A DNA stretch of 64,000 nt from a virus. Location: IMG/VR virus record IMGVR_UViG_3300028393_000021. One strand, given 5' to 3'. Made by a program: the position numbers and the translations under genes. Shown here one piece after another: positions 46,170 to 54,624 of this stretch; the stretch's first letter is position 1; each line of letters opens with the position of its first letter. A model generated the notes under the pieces. The model had not been told where the DNA came from, searched no databases, and saw only the letters and a program-made list of their open reading frames with translations.

Positions 46170-46862
46170 TTAAGCGGGTAAAGCGTAATATTCTTCAACT
46201 TTACCAAGCCAAGCATCTTGCCACTTGTTGAAGTCTTTTGGCTCTAATGTAAATTGTTGGTATTGTAAATCTCTGCTACACATGAATATAACACCCTTGC
46301 GAATGTTAGTTTTGTACACTTCATTGTGTGCCAGTATATATGCCATCAATTGCAAATAGTAATCATCTACCCAAGCGGCTTTTTTTGGCTTGTTGGTTTG
46401 CTTGTGGTCACACACTGCTGGCTCATCTTGATGAATACCAATTAAGTCAGTAGTACCACTATACAGTCCAGGGAAGTAAAGACTTTGTTCCATGGCCCAA
46501 ACTTCACTCATTTTACTGAGTCCGTTCTCAATAATAATGTCTGCCATTTTGTTAGCCTGCACATGTACAGGATTACTACCTGGTTGTCTTTGTTCACCGA
46601 TTAAGAATCGTTCTAAATTGGCATGCATTGCAGTCCCCACGCCTGCTGCTTCTGTAGTAATCTGCTGTGCTTTGGCATGCCCGATTCTATCACGCCATTG
46701 ATTTAAATGTGTCATATCTTTAGTAGCACCAAGGATAGTGGTCACGCTGGGCAACTTTTCACCGTCGGGCGTCCTGTAAACTCGCTTACGAGTTACTGGA
46801 TCATTTATTTGGACACAATTTTTATATTGGAAACGTTCGACGAACGGAGGAGGAGTATACAT
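46170..46862 (-). CDS. PD-(D/E)xK exonuclease (RecB/Cas4-like), probably leaderless
   Basis: LPSVTTIL, GTAMH, SGTTDLIG, CDHKQT; ATG 46862 lies 7 nt after the -10 box. Confidence 0.85.
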   Translation of the reverse strand: MYTPPPFVERFQYKNCVQINDPVTRKRVYRTPDGEKLPSVTTILGATKDMTHLNQWRDRIGHAKAQQITTEAAGVGTAMHANLERFLIGEQRQPGSNPVHVQANKMADIIIENGLSKMSEVWAMEQSLYFPGLYSGTTDLIGIHQDEPAVCDHKQTNKPKKAAWVDDYYLQLMAYILAHNEVYKTNIRKGVIFMCSRDLQYQQFTLEPKDFNKWQDAWLGKVEEYYALPA

Positions 46863-46869
46863 AGTATTA

Positions 46870-46898
46870 ATTATAATACCACGTAATCTTAAAGTCAA
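46870..46898 (-). promoter_or_regulatory. sigma70 promoter
   Basis: TTGACT-17-TATAAT. Confidence 0.8.
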
Positions 46899-47236
46899 AT
46901 ATCTGGTTTTAAATTCTTAGCGTTTCTAGATGCCATTGCATCTACAGTGGGGCTTGCCCCAGGTGCTGGAGGAGTTTGATCTGGTCTTTGTGTTTTTGTT
47001 TTGAGAGTAACTGTACCATTATCATCAATCTTTTTAATAATATCGCCAGCTGGATCAACTGCATTTTTTAGTGCAATCAATCCATCAATGTCACTGATTC
47101 CAAGATCCATTCTTTTAATTATTTGCATAACAGCGGTAAAAGGCAACGTTGACGGTTGCCCTAACCTATCCGCTTCGCCTTTGATAACTGCTAGAACATC
47201 TCTAGCATCACCGACGTCTATTTCATACAATCTCAT
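46895..47236 (-). CDS. hypothetical protein
   Basis: Probable start MRLYEID at 47236. Confidence 0.65.
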   Translation of the reverse strand: MRLYEIDVGDARDVLAVIKGEADRLGQPSTLPFTAVMQIIKRMDLGISDIDGLIALKNAVDPAGDIIKKIDDNGTVTLKTKTQRPDQTPPAPGASPTVDAMASRNAKNLKPDI

Positions 47237-47237
47237 A

Positions 47238-48650
47238 TTACTTGGCCAATGCACTTATTATATTATGCGACTCTTGAAGTTTTTGAGAAAATGTATTTTC
47301 ACGAATTTCACGACCTGTTGTGCCTGCACCTGCTGCTGCATCTGCTGCACCAAATTCATCACCTGCAGGTTCTGGATTCATTTCGTCAGGTGCGCTCATA
47401 TCCATGCCCGGTTCCATACCCATACCCATGTCAGCTGTGGCTTCACCTGCAAGTACTGCTACTGCATTACTAATTGCTTCACGCTGTTGTGTTAGCATTT
47501 CTAATGTTGAGCTCAATGCTGGAACAATTGCTGCCTTAAATGCTTCTGCTTCTTGCGCTCCAAAGTCTGCTTTGATGGCATCTGCTAATTCGATCAAAGT
47601 CTTGGTTTGATACTGGCCAACACGCTGCATCCAACTGGTGAAGTTATTGACCATATCGCCTGCACTGGTAATAGCTTTTGCTTTACCTTCTTCATCTTCT
47701 TGTAATAAGAAATCTAAACTTTCATTAACAAAACGTACATTGTGTTTGAAGTTGCTTTCTTCTAATGTACCAGCCTTGGCCTTGTTAGCACGGATTTTAC
47801 CTGCTACACGTTCACCAGCCTCTTTGCTACCATAACGCTTGCCTGCATCCTTAGCAATCTTTTTAAACATCTTACCTGGTTTGCCTTCGTCTTTACCTTC
47901 CATTGTACCCATGCATTCTTTGCAATCACAATCTTTAGGATGTGCATCATCTTCACCTAGTGGCTTTTTGTCTTTTTTAGCAGGCATTGTAGTTGCTGGA
48001 CGACGGGCGTCTTCTGGTGGCTTTTTATAATCAGATTGATTGCCATAGGATTTGCCTTTAACTGTTTTACTCGGTAAATCAGACATTTTAACTTCTTTGA
48101 TTTTCTTTTCTGGGTCAGCATCTGCTTTTGTATGCTTCTTAGTGTAGATTGTTCCACCAGTTTGCGGATTTGGCTTTTTATCAAACTTGCCAGTAGTCTT
48201 TTCCTTTTCGGCGCGAGCTTGAGCATCAGCCACCGTAGGAAATTCTTCTTTGACTTTGGTATCTTTCGTAGCGCCACTAGCCTTCAAGCGAGCAATTTGC
48301 ACATCCTTGAAATCATTTTTGCCATCTTTGTTCTGGTCTACTTTTTTACCTTCGCTTAGTTGTGCCATTTTGTCACGTAGTTTTTGCATTTGTTCGCCTA
48401 GCATTTCTTTAATCCTTGTGTTTAACAAGTCCAGCATGGCCTTGTCTTTTTGGTATGTTTCATTGGTTAGCAAGTCGTTAATACTTACTCGTCCCTCTTG
48501 TTGGAATACCTTTGTGCGAAGTTTATTTCGCATATCTTCTAATTGTTCTCTAGAATACTTTGATATATTGACATTGACACCAAACATTTTATTCATGTTT
48601 TCTTTTAGCTGCGAACTTGTTAGTTTTTTTCTAAAATCACTTGTTTTCAT
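47238..48650 (-). CDS. probable head scaffold/core-type virion protein
   Basis: Charged coiled-coil protein with a low-complexity Lys-rich middle; lies in a late-gene block. Confidence 0.5.
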   Translation of the reverse strand: MKTSDFRKKLTSSQLKENMNKMFGVNVNISKYSREQLEDMRNKLRTKVFQQEGRVSINDLLTNETYQKDKAMLDLLNTRIKEMLGEQMQKLRDKMAQLSEGKKVDQNKDGKNDFKDVQIARLKASGATKDTKVKEEFPTVADAQARAEKEKTTGKFDKKPNPQTGGTIYTKKHTKADADPEKKIKEVKMSDLPSKTVKGKSYGNQSDYKKPPEDARRPATTMPAKKDKKPLGEDDAHPKDCDCKECMGTMEGKDEGKPGKMFKKIAKDAGKRYGSKEAGERVAGKIRANKAKAGTLEESNFKHNVRFVNESLDFLLQEDEEGKAKAITSAGDMVNNFTSWMQRVGQYQTKTLIELADAIKADFGAQEAEAFKAAIVPALSSTLEMLTQQREAISNAVAVLAGEATADMGMGMEPGMDMSAPDEMNPEPAGDEFGAADAAAGAGTTGREIRENTFSQKLQESHNIISALAK

Positions 48651-48682
48651 AATATTGGTTCCAAAAGAATAGTTAACTTTAT

Positions 48683-49153
48683 TTATCTGAATCTTAATAG
48701 TTTCTCAAAATCATTAACAATGGTTTTCTTGTGTTGTTCTCGCTTATATTTGGCAATATTATATTTGGTAAACATAATTTCAGCTCTGTCAATATTCTTT
48801 GATTTAATGTTTTTTTCCGCTAACATTTTATGTAATTCTTCTTCAAATAGTGCATGACCATAGTTTCTGTCAGCATTTAATATCTCATCATCTATGTATT
48901 TTCCAAGGGCAAGTTTATTGGCCAACAATGCAGCAGATTGTGGGAGATTAATAAAATCAACTACTACATCATTACAATAATTTAAAATGCTATAAAATCC
49001 AGTTTTAGATTTTTTAATCTTATAATTCCCTAAGATGATAGTTCCATCTTCAGCCTTAGATGGGATTGCAATGCCTTGTTTTTGTAATTTTGTTTTTACT
49101 TTTTCGGCAAGATCTTTGACTTGTTGATATACATCATCGAGATTTTTTTTCAT
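48683..49153 (-). CDS. hypothetical protein
   Basis: 156-aa ORF. Confidence 0.7.
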   Translation of the reverse strand: MKKNLDDVYQQVKDLAEKVKTKLQKQGIAIPSKAEDGTIILGNYKIKKSKTGFYSILNYCNDVVVDFINLPQSAALLANKLALGKYIDDEILNADRNYGHALFEEELHKMLAEKNIKSKNIDRAEIMFTKYNIAKYKREQHKKTIVNDFEKLLRFR

Positions 49154-49346
49154 CTATTTTCTTTATCAATGTTTGGTTATTATTACTTATTGAGTAAATT
49201 CCTTTTCTCACTAAGTTTTGGGCAAGCCATTGATCGCGATCACTCATAGCATCAATGGATATGTGTGATCTATGATTCTCTACAAATTGCTGTTCTTGAT
49301 TTGTGAGAATAATATCCATTCCAGATAGTAACTGTGCTATTTTCAT
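49134..49346 (-). CDS. hypothetical protein
   Basis: 70-aa ORF. Confidence 0.65.
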   Translation of the reverse strand: MKIAQLLSGMDIILTNQEQQFVENHRSHISIDAMSDRDQWLAQNLVRKGIYSISNNNQTLIKKIDEKKSR

Positions 49347-49774
49347 ACTCGGGCAGGTGTACTAGGTTGTGCTGGCGGGGAGGCGGGATTAAGAATTTGT
49401 TTTTGTAGCTGATCATATTTTAATTTCAATGCATTAAATTGATCAGACATAGCCTGCATACCTTGTTTTATCTCCGGACTGGGTGTAGCAGGAGTAGCAG
49501 TTGCATTAGGTTGTTGATTGCCCAAAGTGGGCTGAGGTGCCTTACCCGGAGGAGGTACAGCTTGTTGAGAATTTTGCTGTTGAGTCGGTGCTGCAGGTTG
49601 CGGTTGTCCTGGCACAGCTGGTGCCTGTTGTTGCGGAGGTGTATTGGGATTAGCAGCAGGTTGCGGTTGTCCTGGCACAGCTGGTGCCTGTTGTTGCGGA
49701 GGTGTATTGGGATTAGCAGCAGGTTGTGTGCTTGATCCTACAGGTATAGCTTCAACTAATTCTTGTATCCGCAT
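49343..49774 (-). CDS. Pro/Gln-rich low-complexity protein
   Basis: 143 aa with an internal 21-aa duplication. Confidence 0.7.
   Translation of the reverse strand: MRIQELVEAIPVGSSTQPAANPNTPPQQQAPAVPGQPQPAANPNTPPQQQAPAVPGQPQPAAPTQQQNSQQAVPPPGKAPQPTLGNQQPNATATPATPSPEIKQGMQAMSDQFNALKLKYDQLQKQILNPASPPAQPSTPARV
49593..49726. repeat. perfect 63-bp tandem duplication (2 copies + 8 bp)
   Basis: gcaggttgcggttgtcctggcacagctggtgcctgttgttgcggaggtgtattgggattagca x2. Confidence 0.9.
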
Positions 49775-49775
49775 A

Positions 49776-50096
49776 TTATTTTAATAGAGTTAGCAATGTT
49801 TCACTATGCGCGGTAACCCATCCCAACGCTGCTAACGCACCTGCACTAAGATAAACCCATTTTGTTTTAAATTGCTCTAGATCTTTGATTTTACCCAACA
49901 TGTTATCATGTTGTTCAATATTTTCCCCATGCATACCTTTAAGTTGATCCATAATATCATCACGTGTCTTATCAAGACAATCATGCATGTCCTTAACATC
50001 TATTTTAAGGTTATCAATTTTTTCTTCGATGTTATCTACTTTTGTTTCTAACACGCTAACACGTTCTGGAACGGTTGCTAATGATGTTTTTGCCAT
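49776..50096 (-). CDS. coiled-coil protein with C-terminal TM helix (holin/XhlA-like)
   Basis: ERVSVLETKVDNIEEKID; WVYLSAGALAALGWV. Confidence 0.55.
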   Translation of the reverse strand: MAKTSLATVPERVSVLETKVDNIEEKIDNLKIDVKDMHDCLDKTRDDIMDQLKGMHGENIEQHDNMLGKIKDLEQFKTKWVYLSAGALAALGWVTAHSETLLTLLK

Positions 50097-50146
50097 CCGA
50101 GCTATCTCCTTTTTTTTTAGAACTACTACTACTGTTAAATAGTGCC

Positions 50147-50590
50147 TTAAGATGCCTTGATGATTGTATTTTTAGCGGAAGAACTTTTCAGTTCAAATAT
50201 CGCCTTATCTATATTTATGGTTTCTGTTAATTTTTTAACGATAGGTACACCATCAATATCATTGATTAACAATCCTATTTCACTAGTTTCATCACTGTAC
50301 ACACCTGCTCTATCAGGATAAAATACCCATGTCCATACAGTGTGTTTACCTTTGTATTTAGAACCAAATCCTAGATCTTTAATGTCAATGTTTTCGGAAC
50401 TGGGTCCACGATCGTAGCTAATGATCGACCTAAGTTCAGCACATTGCCTTAATGTGGTAAAATTTCTATATTGGTCATATTCTAGTTGAGAACCTTGACC
50501 GGGTCTAAGCATTGTGATGTTAGTGATGTCTAATAAAGTTTTAATTTCTATGATTTGCATAATATACCTATATAATATATTTATGGCCAA
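50147..50590 (-). CDS. hypothetical protein (probable start MQIIEIK at 50560)
   Basis: ORF track; TAAATA upstream. Confidence 0.65.
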   Translation of the reverse strand: MAINILYRYIMQIIEIKTLLDITNITMLRPGQGSQLEYDQYRNFTTLRQCAELRSIISYDRGPSSENIDIKDLGFGSKYKGKHTVWTWVFYPDRAGVYSDETSEIGLLINDIDGVPIVKKLTETINIDKAIFELKSSSAKNTIIKAS

Positions 50591-50617
50591 AAGAAAAGGG
50601 AGTTAAAAAACTCCCTT
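50589..50617 (-). terminator. intrinsic terminator
   Basis: AAGGGAGTT-TTTT-AACTCCCTT-TTCTTTT. Confidence 0.8.
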
Positions 50618-50637
50618 GTCTTACTCTTAATAAAATA

Positions 50638-51042
50638 TTAAGCTAGTGTGAATGCACCAGTGTTGGCCATTGATGTACCAGAAGTAACTGTTAGGTTACC
50701 TAGAGTAGCACCAGTTGCTGCCACGATAGCGGCCTTCAATGCACCGAAACCAGTTGTAACACCAGATCCAGCAACGCCGTCGCCTTGGTTGCAACTTGGG
50801 AAGTCAACGATAGCGCAAATTGCGGTTGCGTCTGTACGTGCGCCTAGTAGAACAATGCTGGCTACTGCTTGAATGCCTTTAACTGCCTTAGAATAACCAC
50901 CTTCTGTGATTACGCCTGTTGTTGCATTAACTGTGTCAGCTGTGAAGCTGTTACCAGAATCAGCAATTTTAATTACTAGTGGTGAATAGCCATAGAAAGC
51001 ACCTGCGCTAACTTGACCGTGAACTCGATTGATTGTTGCCAT
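50638..51042 (-). CDS. probable structural protein (Ala/Gly/Thr-rich)
   Basis: AAGGAG SD, TAAATA upstream, own terminator. Confidence 0.6.
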   Translation of the reverse strand: MATINRVHGQVSAGAFYGYSPLVIKIADSGNSFTADTVNATTGVITEGGYSKAVKGIQAVASIVLLGARTDATAICAIVDFPSCNQGDGVAGSGVTTGFGALKAAIVAATGATLGNLTVTSGTSMANTGAFTLA

Positions 51043-51133
51043 TTTAAATCTCCTTGATCTTTTTTGAGCTCCCCTATGGAACTCGTTATGTTTTTATTTA
51101 TCTAATTTGGAAAAAAATATCCATTATGGTCGA

Positions 51134-51433
51134 TTAGTCGTCGGTTTTTACATCACCTTCGATGACTTTTAGGTGTTTAGCAGTTTCTTTATTGTCTCTC
51201 AACTTACGTATGCTGCGAGTAAATTTGCTTGAATCCCCACCTTTAATACTGTTAAGTAGTCTACGTTCTAATTCATAGGCCTCGTCTGGACTGAAGTTTT
51301 CTTTGATAAATGACAATAGATTGATTGCACTATCAATTACATGAGTTGCCCTAGCTTCTATCAATGCTTCATTATCTTTTTTCAAAGTAATAGAATTTAG
51401 TTCTTCTAGTAAACTGCGGGTGACTTTTTTCAA
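51134..51433 (-). CDS. hypothetical protein
   Basis: 99-aa ORF. Confidence 0.7.
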   Translation of the reverse strand: MKKVTRSLLEELNSITLKKDNEALIEARATHVIDSAINLLSFIKENFSPDEAYELERRLLNSIKGGDSSKFTRSIRKLRDNKETAKHLKVIEGDVKTDD

Positions 51434-51584
51434 GATAGTATCCTTGTTGTATGAATATTTAGTGTAATTGTAACATCATTAAATGGTAAAATAAAGACTT
51501 GCAAATACACTCAAGGATTATTTAATTGTAAAAATATTTATACTTTTTTGGAAGAAATATATAATGGTTTCTACTGAGTTTTGT

Positions 51585-51601
51585 TGCGTCGCCGCATAAA
51601 T
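51585..51601 (+). promoter_or_regulatory. TGC-rich box (PhaR-box-like) abutting the TAAATA late-promoter motif
   Basis: TGCGTCGCCGCA immediately followed by TAAATA. Confidence 0.35.
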
Positions 51602-51632
51602 ACCAGTACAATTAACACACAGGAGAAAAAAT

Positions 51633-51821
51633 ATGTTAAACCAATTAGCTGAATACTTCCACAAGATGTTTCAGAATTTCGAAGCGCCGTCTACCTATGG
51701 CGCTGCATTAGAATCGTACATTGTTTCTAAAAACCCACAAGATGGTGGTGATGTAGATCGATTAGTACGAGAGTTTGATCAAAAAATGGCAAACCGTCAC
51801 GAAGCAGGGTGGCCAATATGA
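51633..51821 (+). CDS. small hypothetical protein (DUF3563-like)
   Basis: ALESYIVSKNPQDGGDVDRLVREFD; ACACAGGAGA SD. Confidence 0.65.
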   Translation: MLNQLAEYFHKMFQNFEAPSTYGAALESYIVSKNPQDGGDVDRLVREFDQKMANRHEAGWPI

Positions 51822-51919
51822 TCAAGAAAATCTTAAACTCTATCTGGGATTTCTTGATAGATCTCGGAGAATATCGTTACAAAGTAATCAAATCCCATGG
51901 TTACCAAACTTGGTATTAG
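51818..51919 (+). CDS. small hypothetical protein (33 aa)
   Basis: ATGA overlap; MIKKILNSIWDFLIDLGEYRY... Confidence 0.55.
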   Translation: MIKKILNSIWDFLIDLGEYRYKVIKSHGYQTWY

Positions 51920-51920
51920 A

Positions 51921-51995
51921 ATGAGAAAGGAAATTGACTTTGTAGCTGTCAGTACTTTGATCCTGTTATCAGGATTGTTAATACTGGTTATCTAA
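51921..51995 (+). CDS. 24-aa single-TM peptide
   Basis: MRKEIDFVAVSTLILLSGLLILVI, fills the gap between two genes exactly. Confidence 0.45.
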   Translation: MRKEIDFVAVSTLILLSGLLILVI

Positions 51996-51996
51996 A

Positions 51997-52554
51997 ATGT
52001 CATATGCAACAGTTAGGCGAGTACTGCCTTACGAATATCCCAAATATAGACTACACCTTAAGTGCTTGGATTCTGAATCTAGGACACTTAGGTTTGCTAG
52101 TCCAATCAATGATCATGTAATAGATAAATTATGTGATGGGTTTGAGGCAGATCCAAGCAAACATGTATTATTTGCCATTGAGAATTGTCGATTAGAATTT
52201 ATTGCCATCGGTCATATTTCTCTAGACGGTGACATGGAACTGGCATTTAGTGTGCTTAAAAAGCACCAAGGCCGCGGCTTTGGTAATTTGCTGATAAAAC
52301 GTTGTATACAATATTGCCGTACACATAACATACTCAAAGGTTACATGGTATGTTTAAGTACCAACACTGCTATTCGATACTTGTGTAGAAAGCACGGAAT
52401 TACTGTGGAGAATGATCAAGGCGAAAGCCTTGCCAACATTCAATTGCCACCTGCAGGCATTAACACATATATCAACGAAACTATAGACAACAACATATCT
52501 GCCTTAGACTATATTACTAAGCGAGCAACTAACAAACTTCTATTTTTATCGTAA
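51997..52554 (+). CDS. GNAT family N-acetyltransferase
   Basis: ELAFSVLKKHQGRGFG acetyl-CoA motif A; CLSTN. Confidence 0.88.
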   Translation: MSYATVRRVLPYEYPKYRLHLKCLDSESRTLRFASPINDHVIDKLCDGFEADPSKHVLFAIENCRLEFIAIGHISLDGDMELAFSVLKKHQGRGFGNLLIKRCIQYCRTHNILKGYMVCLSTNTAIRYLCRKHGITVENDQGESLANIQLPPAGINTYINETIDNNISALDYITKRATNKLLFLS

Positions 52555-52621
52555 CAATTGTTTTACACAGAGACACTGTGTATAATAAATACATTACACA
52601 TATACACACAAGGAGAATAAT

Positions 52622-52897
52622 ATGTTTACACCGGAATTCTATATTGATTTATTTCAATCATCCAAGCGTCAGTTTACTAATCAAGTTTACAAAGACGACA
52701 CACTCAACAAGGCCTGCAATGCATTTATTGACGCTCAAACAGCGTTTGCTAAAATGATGGCTAAGAATTACATTGACCTGTCTACATATTCTGCAGACGC
52801 AATGAGCAAAGTATTTTTCCCTCAACAGGAAGAAACAGTCAAGGCCAAGACTGTTAAAAAATCAGCCAACACAGACATTAACACACAAGGAGAATAA
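52622..52897 (+). CDS. phasin-like helical protein
   Basis: Amphipathic helical pattern (FIDAQTAFAKMM), Lys/Ala-rich tail. Confidence 0.45.
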   Translation: MFTPEFYIDLFQSSKRQFTNQVYKDDTLNKACNAFIDAQTAFAKMMAKNYIDLSTYSADAMSKVFFPQQEETVKAKTVKKSANTDINTQGE

Positions 52898-52898
52898 T

Positions 52899-53168
52899 AT
52901 GTCAAATTTTGAAACCCCTAAGCTACCAGAAGTTAAATTTAACAAGAACGGATACGAAATCCGTACCGACATCTTGGGCATGGCCAAAAGCCTAGTGCAA
53001 GAGGATTTCCATGCCAAATTCCAAGGCTGGGAAATGACTGCCAATCGTGACGAGAAGACAGGACAAATTGTCAGTACAGTTCAAATGCCACAGTTTCCAG
53101 GACTTGACAAGGTTCTAGAAACAGCAGAAAAAATGTACTCATTTGTTAACTCTGGTACAAAGAAATAA
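52899..53168 (+). CDS. hypothetical protein
   Basis: KNGYEIRTDIL...VLETAEKMYSFV; ACACAAGGAGA SD. Confidence 0.75.
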   Translation: MSNFETPKLPEVKFNKNGYEIRTDILGMAKSLVQEDFHAKFQGWEMTANRDEKTGQIVSTVQMPQFPGLDKVLETAEKMYSFVNSGTKK

Positions 53169-53193
53169 TATAATAAAAGTTAGAGCGTAGCTC

Positions 53194-53218
53194 AATAGGA
53201 CCTCCGGGTCCTATTTTT
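53194..53218 (+). terminator. intrinsic terminator
   Basis: AATAGGACC-TCCG-GGTCCTATT-TTT. Confidence 0.85.
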
Positions 53219-53227
53219 ACGAATGTA

Positions 53228-53938
53228 TTATCTAAATAAATGCATTTTAGAATTATGTACAGCGACATAGTTTGGACCACCAAAATTTTCATCAGTTAAC
53301 TTGTAATTCTTAAACTCAAGGCCGTTTTTATTAAGTAATCCCAAATGAAAGCCCAATGGTGATAATTTATTGTATGCATCAAGCAACAACCATCTACTTA
53401 ATACATTGGCAAAACCATACTCAAATTGTATAATACCTATTTTATTATTTTCTAATGTCTTGGTAAATCCTTCAATTACCATACCCTCTGCACCTTCAAC
53501 ATCAATTTTTAGAAAATCAATAAAATCTATTTTTCTACTTTCCACATATTCATCACCTGTTGCCACAAAACAATTCCTAACCTCAACTGGCCCAATATTC
53601 AATCCGCTATACAGTGAACTAACAGCATCAAACTTTGTACTGTACTGGATCTCCATCATTCCATGCATATCCGATAATCCAAATCCGTTGGGAATTATTT
53701 TAGGATCACTGGGTACATTGGCTAGAAATTTTCTATAGACATCTGGTACAATTTCAAAAGTATGTATATCTGCGTATGGTTGGCACGACCTAGCCATTAA
53801 ACACCATTCTCCTATATTACTTCCAGCATCAAAAATTGTGAATAATTTATTTCTTAAATGCGATAATATCCAATCCTCGCCGTGTCGAGCAAATTCTGCT
53901 CGAGCATGTTCTTTATCATATACAGGGTAATTTGTCAT
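53228..53938 (-). CDS. FkbM family methyltransferase
   Basis: FDAGSNIG, FLKIDVEGAE, IIQFEY. Confidence 0.88.
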   Translation of the reverse strand: MTNYPVYDKEHARAEFARHGEDWILSHLRNKLFTIFDAGSNIGEWCLMARSCQPYADIHTFEIVPDVYRKFLANVPSDPKIIPNGFGLSDMHGMMEIQYSTKFDAVSSLYSGLNIGPVEVRNCFVATGDEYVESRKIDFIDFLKIDVEGAEGMVIEGFTKTLENNKIGIIQFEYGFANVLSRWLLLDAYNKLSPLGFHLGLLNKNGLEFKNYKLTDENFGGPNYVAVHNSKMHLFR

Positions 53939-54624
53939 ATTTTATTTTTAAAGTTGTTTAACATGGCAACATATAATCTACATTCTCTTTCGAGATATAT
54001 AAATTCTCGATTTGGTATTGTGTTTGCTGTTACATTATTAGGTGTTGAAAATTTAAGATTTTTAATATAGTAATTTTGATTAAATTTGGCCAGCATGGTG
54101 TCCCATAACCAACTATCACCATGATAGATATCTAACCCTGCAGGAATATTGATCCAATCTTGCTTGTTAATAAACATTAAACAGCCGATATCAAATATGT
54201 TAGTTGATCCGTTGTAGTGAACTATATCAACAGGTTCCGAAGATCCATTAGATAATTGTGAATGAGATTGTGAAAATACTACAAATTTTCCTGTATCCAA
54301 TTTATTCTTTAAAAAATCAAATATTGATAGATCAAAATCAATATCATCATTCATGACACACACATTTGAATATTCACTCACGCCTGCTCCAAAATTCCAA
54401 GCAGGATTTACAAATATATTTAATTTAAAATTATGTAATTTAATTTTTGGATGATGTAATACATCAGCATTGGGTGTGGAATTCATATCATTATTAATAA
54501 TAATAATTTCTCCCACTAATTCATGCTGTACTAACTTATATAGTAAATTAATAAATGGTGCATATTTCCACATAGTGGGTACTACTATTGAAAATTTATT
54601 TTCGTACAAAGTGATAATCTCCAT
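53935..54624 (-). CDS. GT-A (GT2-like) glycosyltransferase
   Basis: SIVVPTMW, IFVNPAWN, VMNDDI; probable start MEIIT at 54624. Confidence 0.75.
   Translation of the reverse strand: MEIITLYENKFSIVVPTMWKYAPFINLLYKLVQHELVGEIIIINNDMNSTPNADVLHHPKIKLHNFKLNIFVNPAWNFGAGVSEYSNVCVMNDDIDFDLSIFDFLKNKLDTGKFVVFSQSHSQLSNGSSEPVDIVHYNGSTNIFDIGCLMFINKQDWINIPAGLDIYHGDSWLWDTMLAKFNQNYYIKNLKFSTPNNVTANTIPNREFIYLERECRLYVAMLNNFKNKI

Noticed and set aside
46170-46862. Cas4 as evidence of a CRISPR system
   Set aside because: No array or other cas genes are present; it is a common phage PD-(D/E)xK exonuclease
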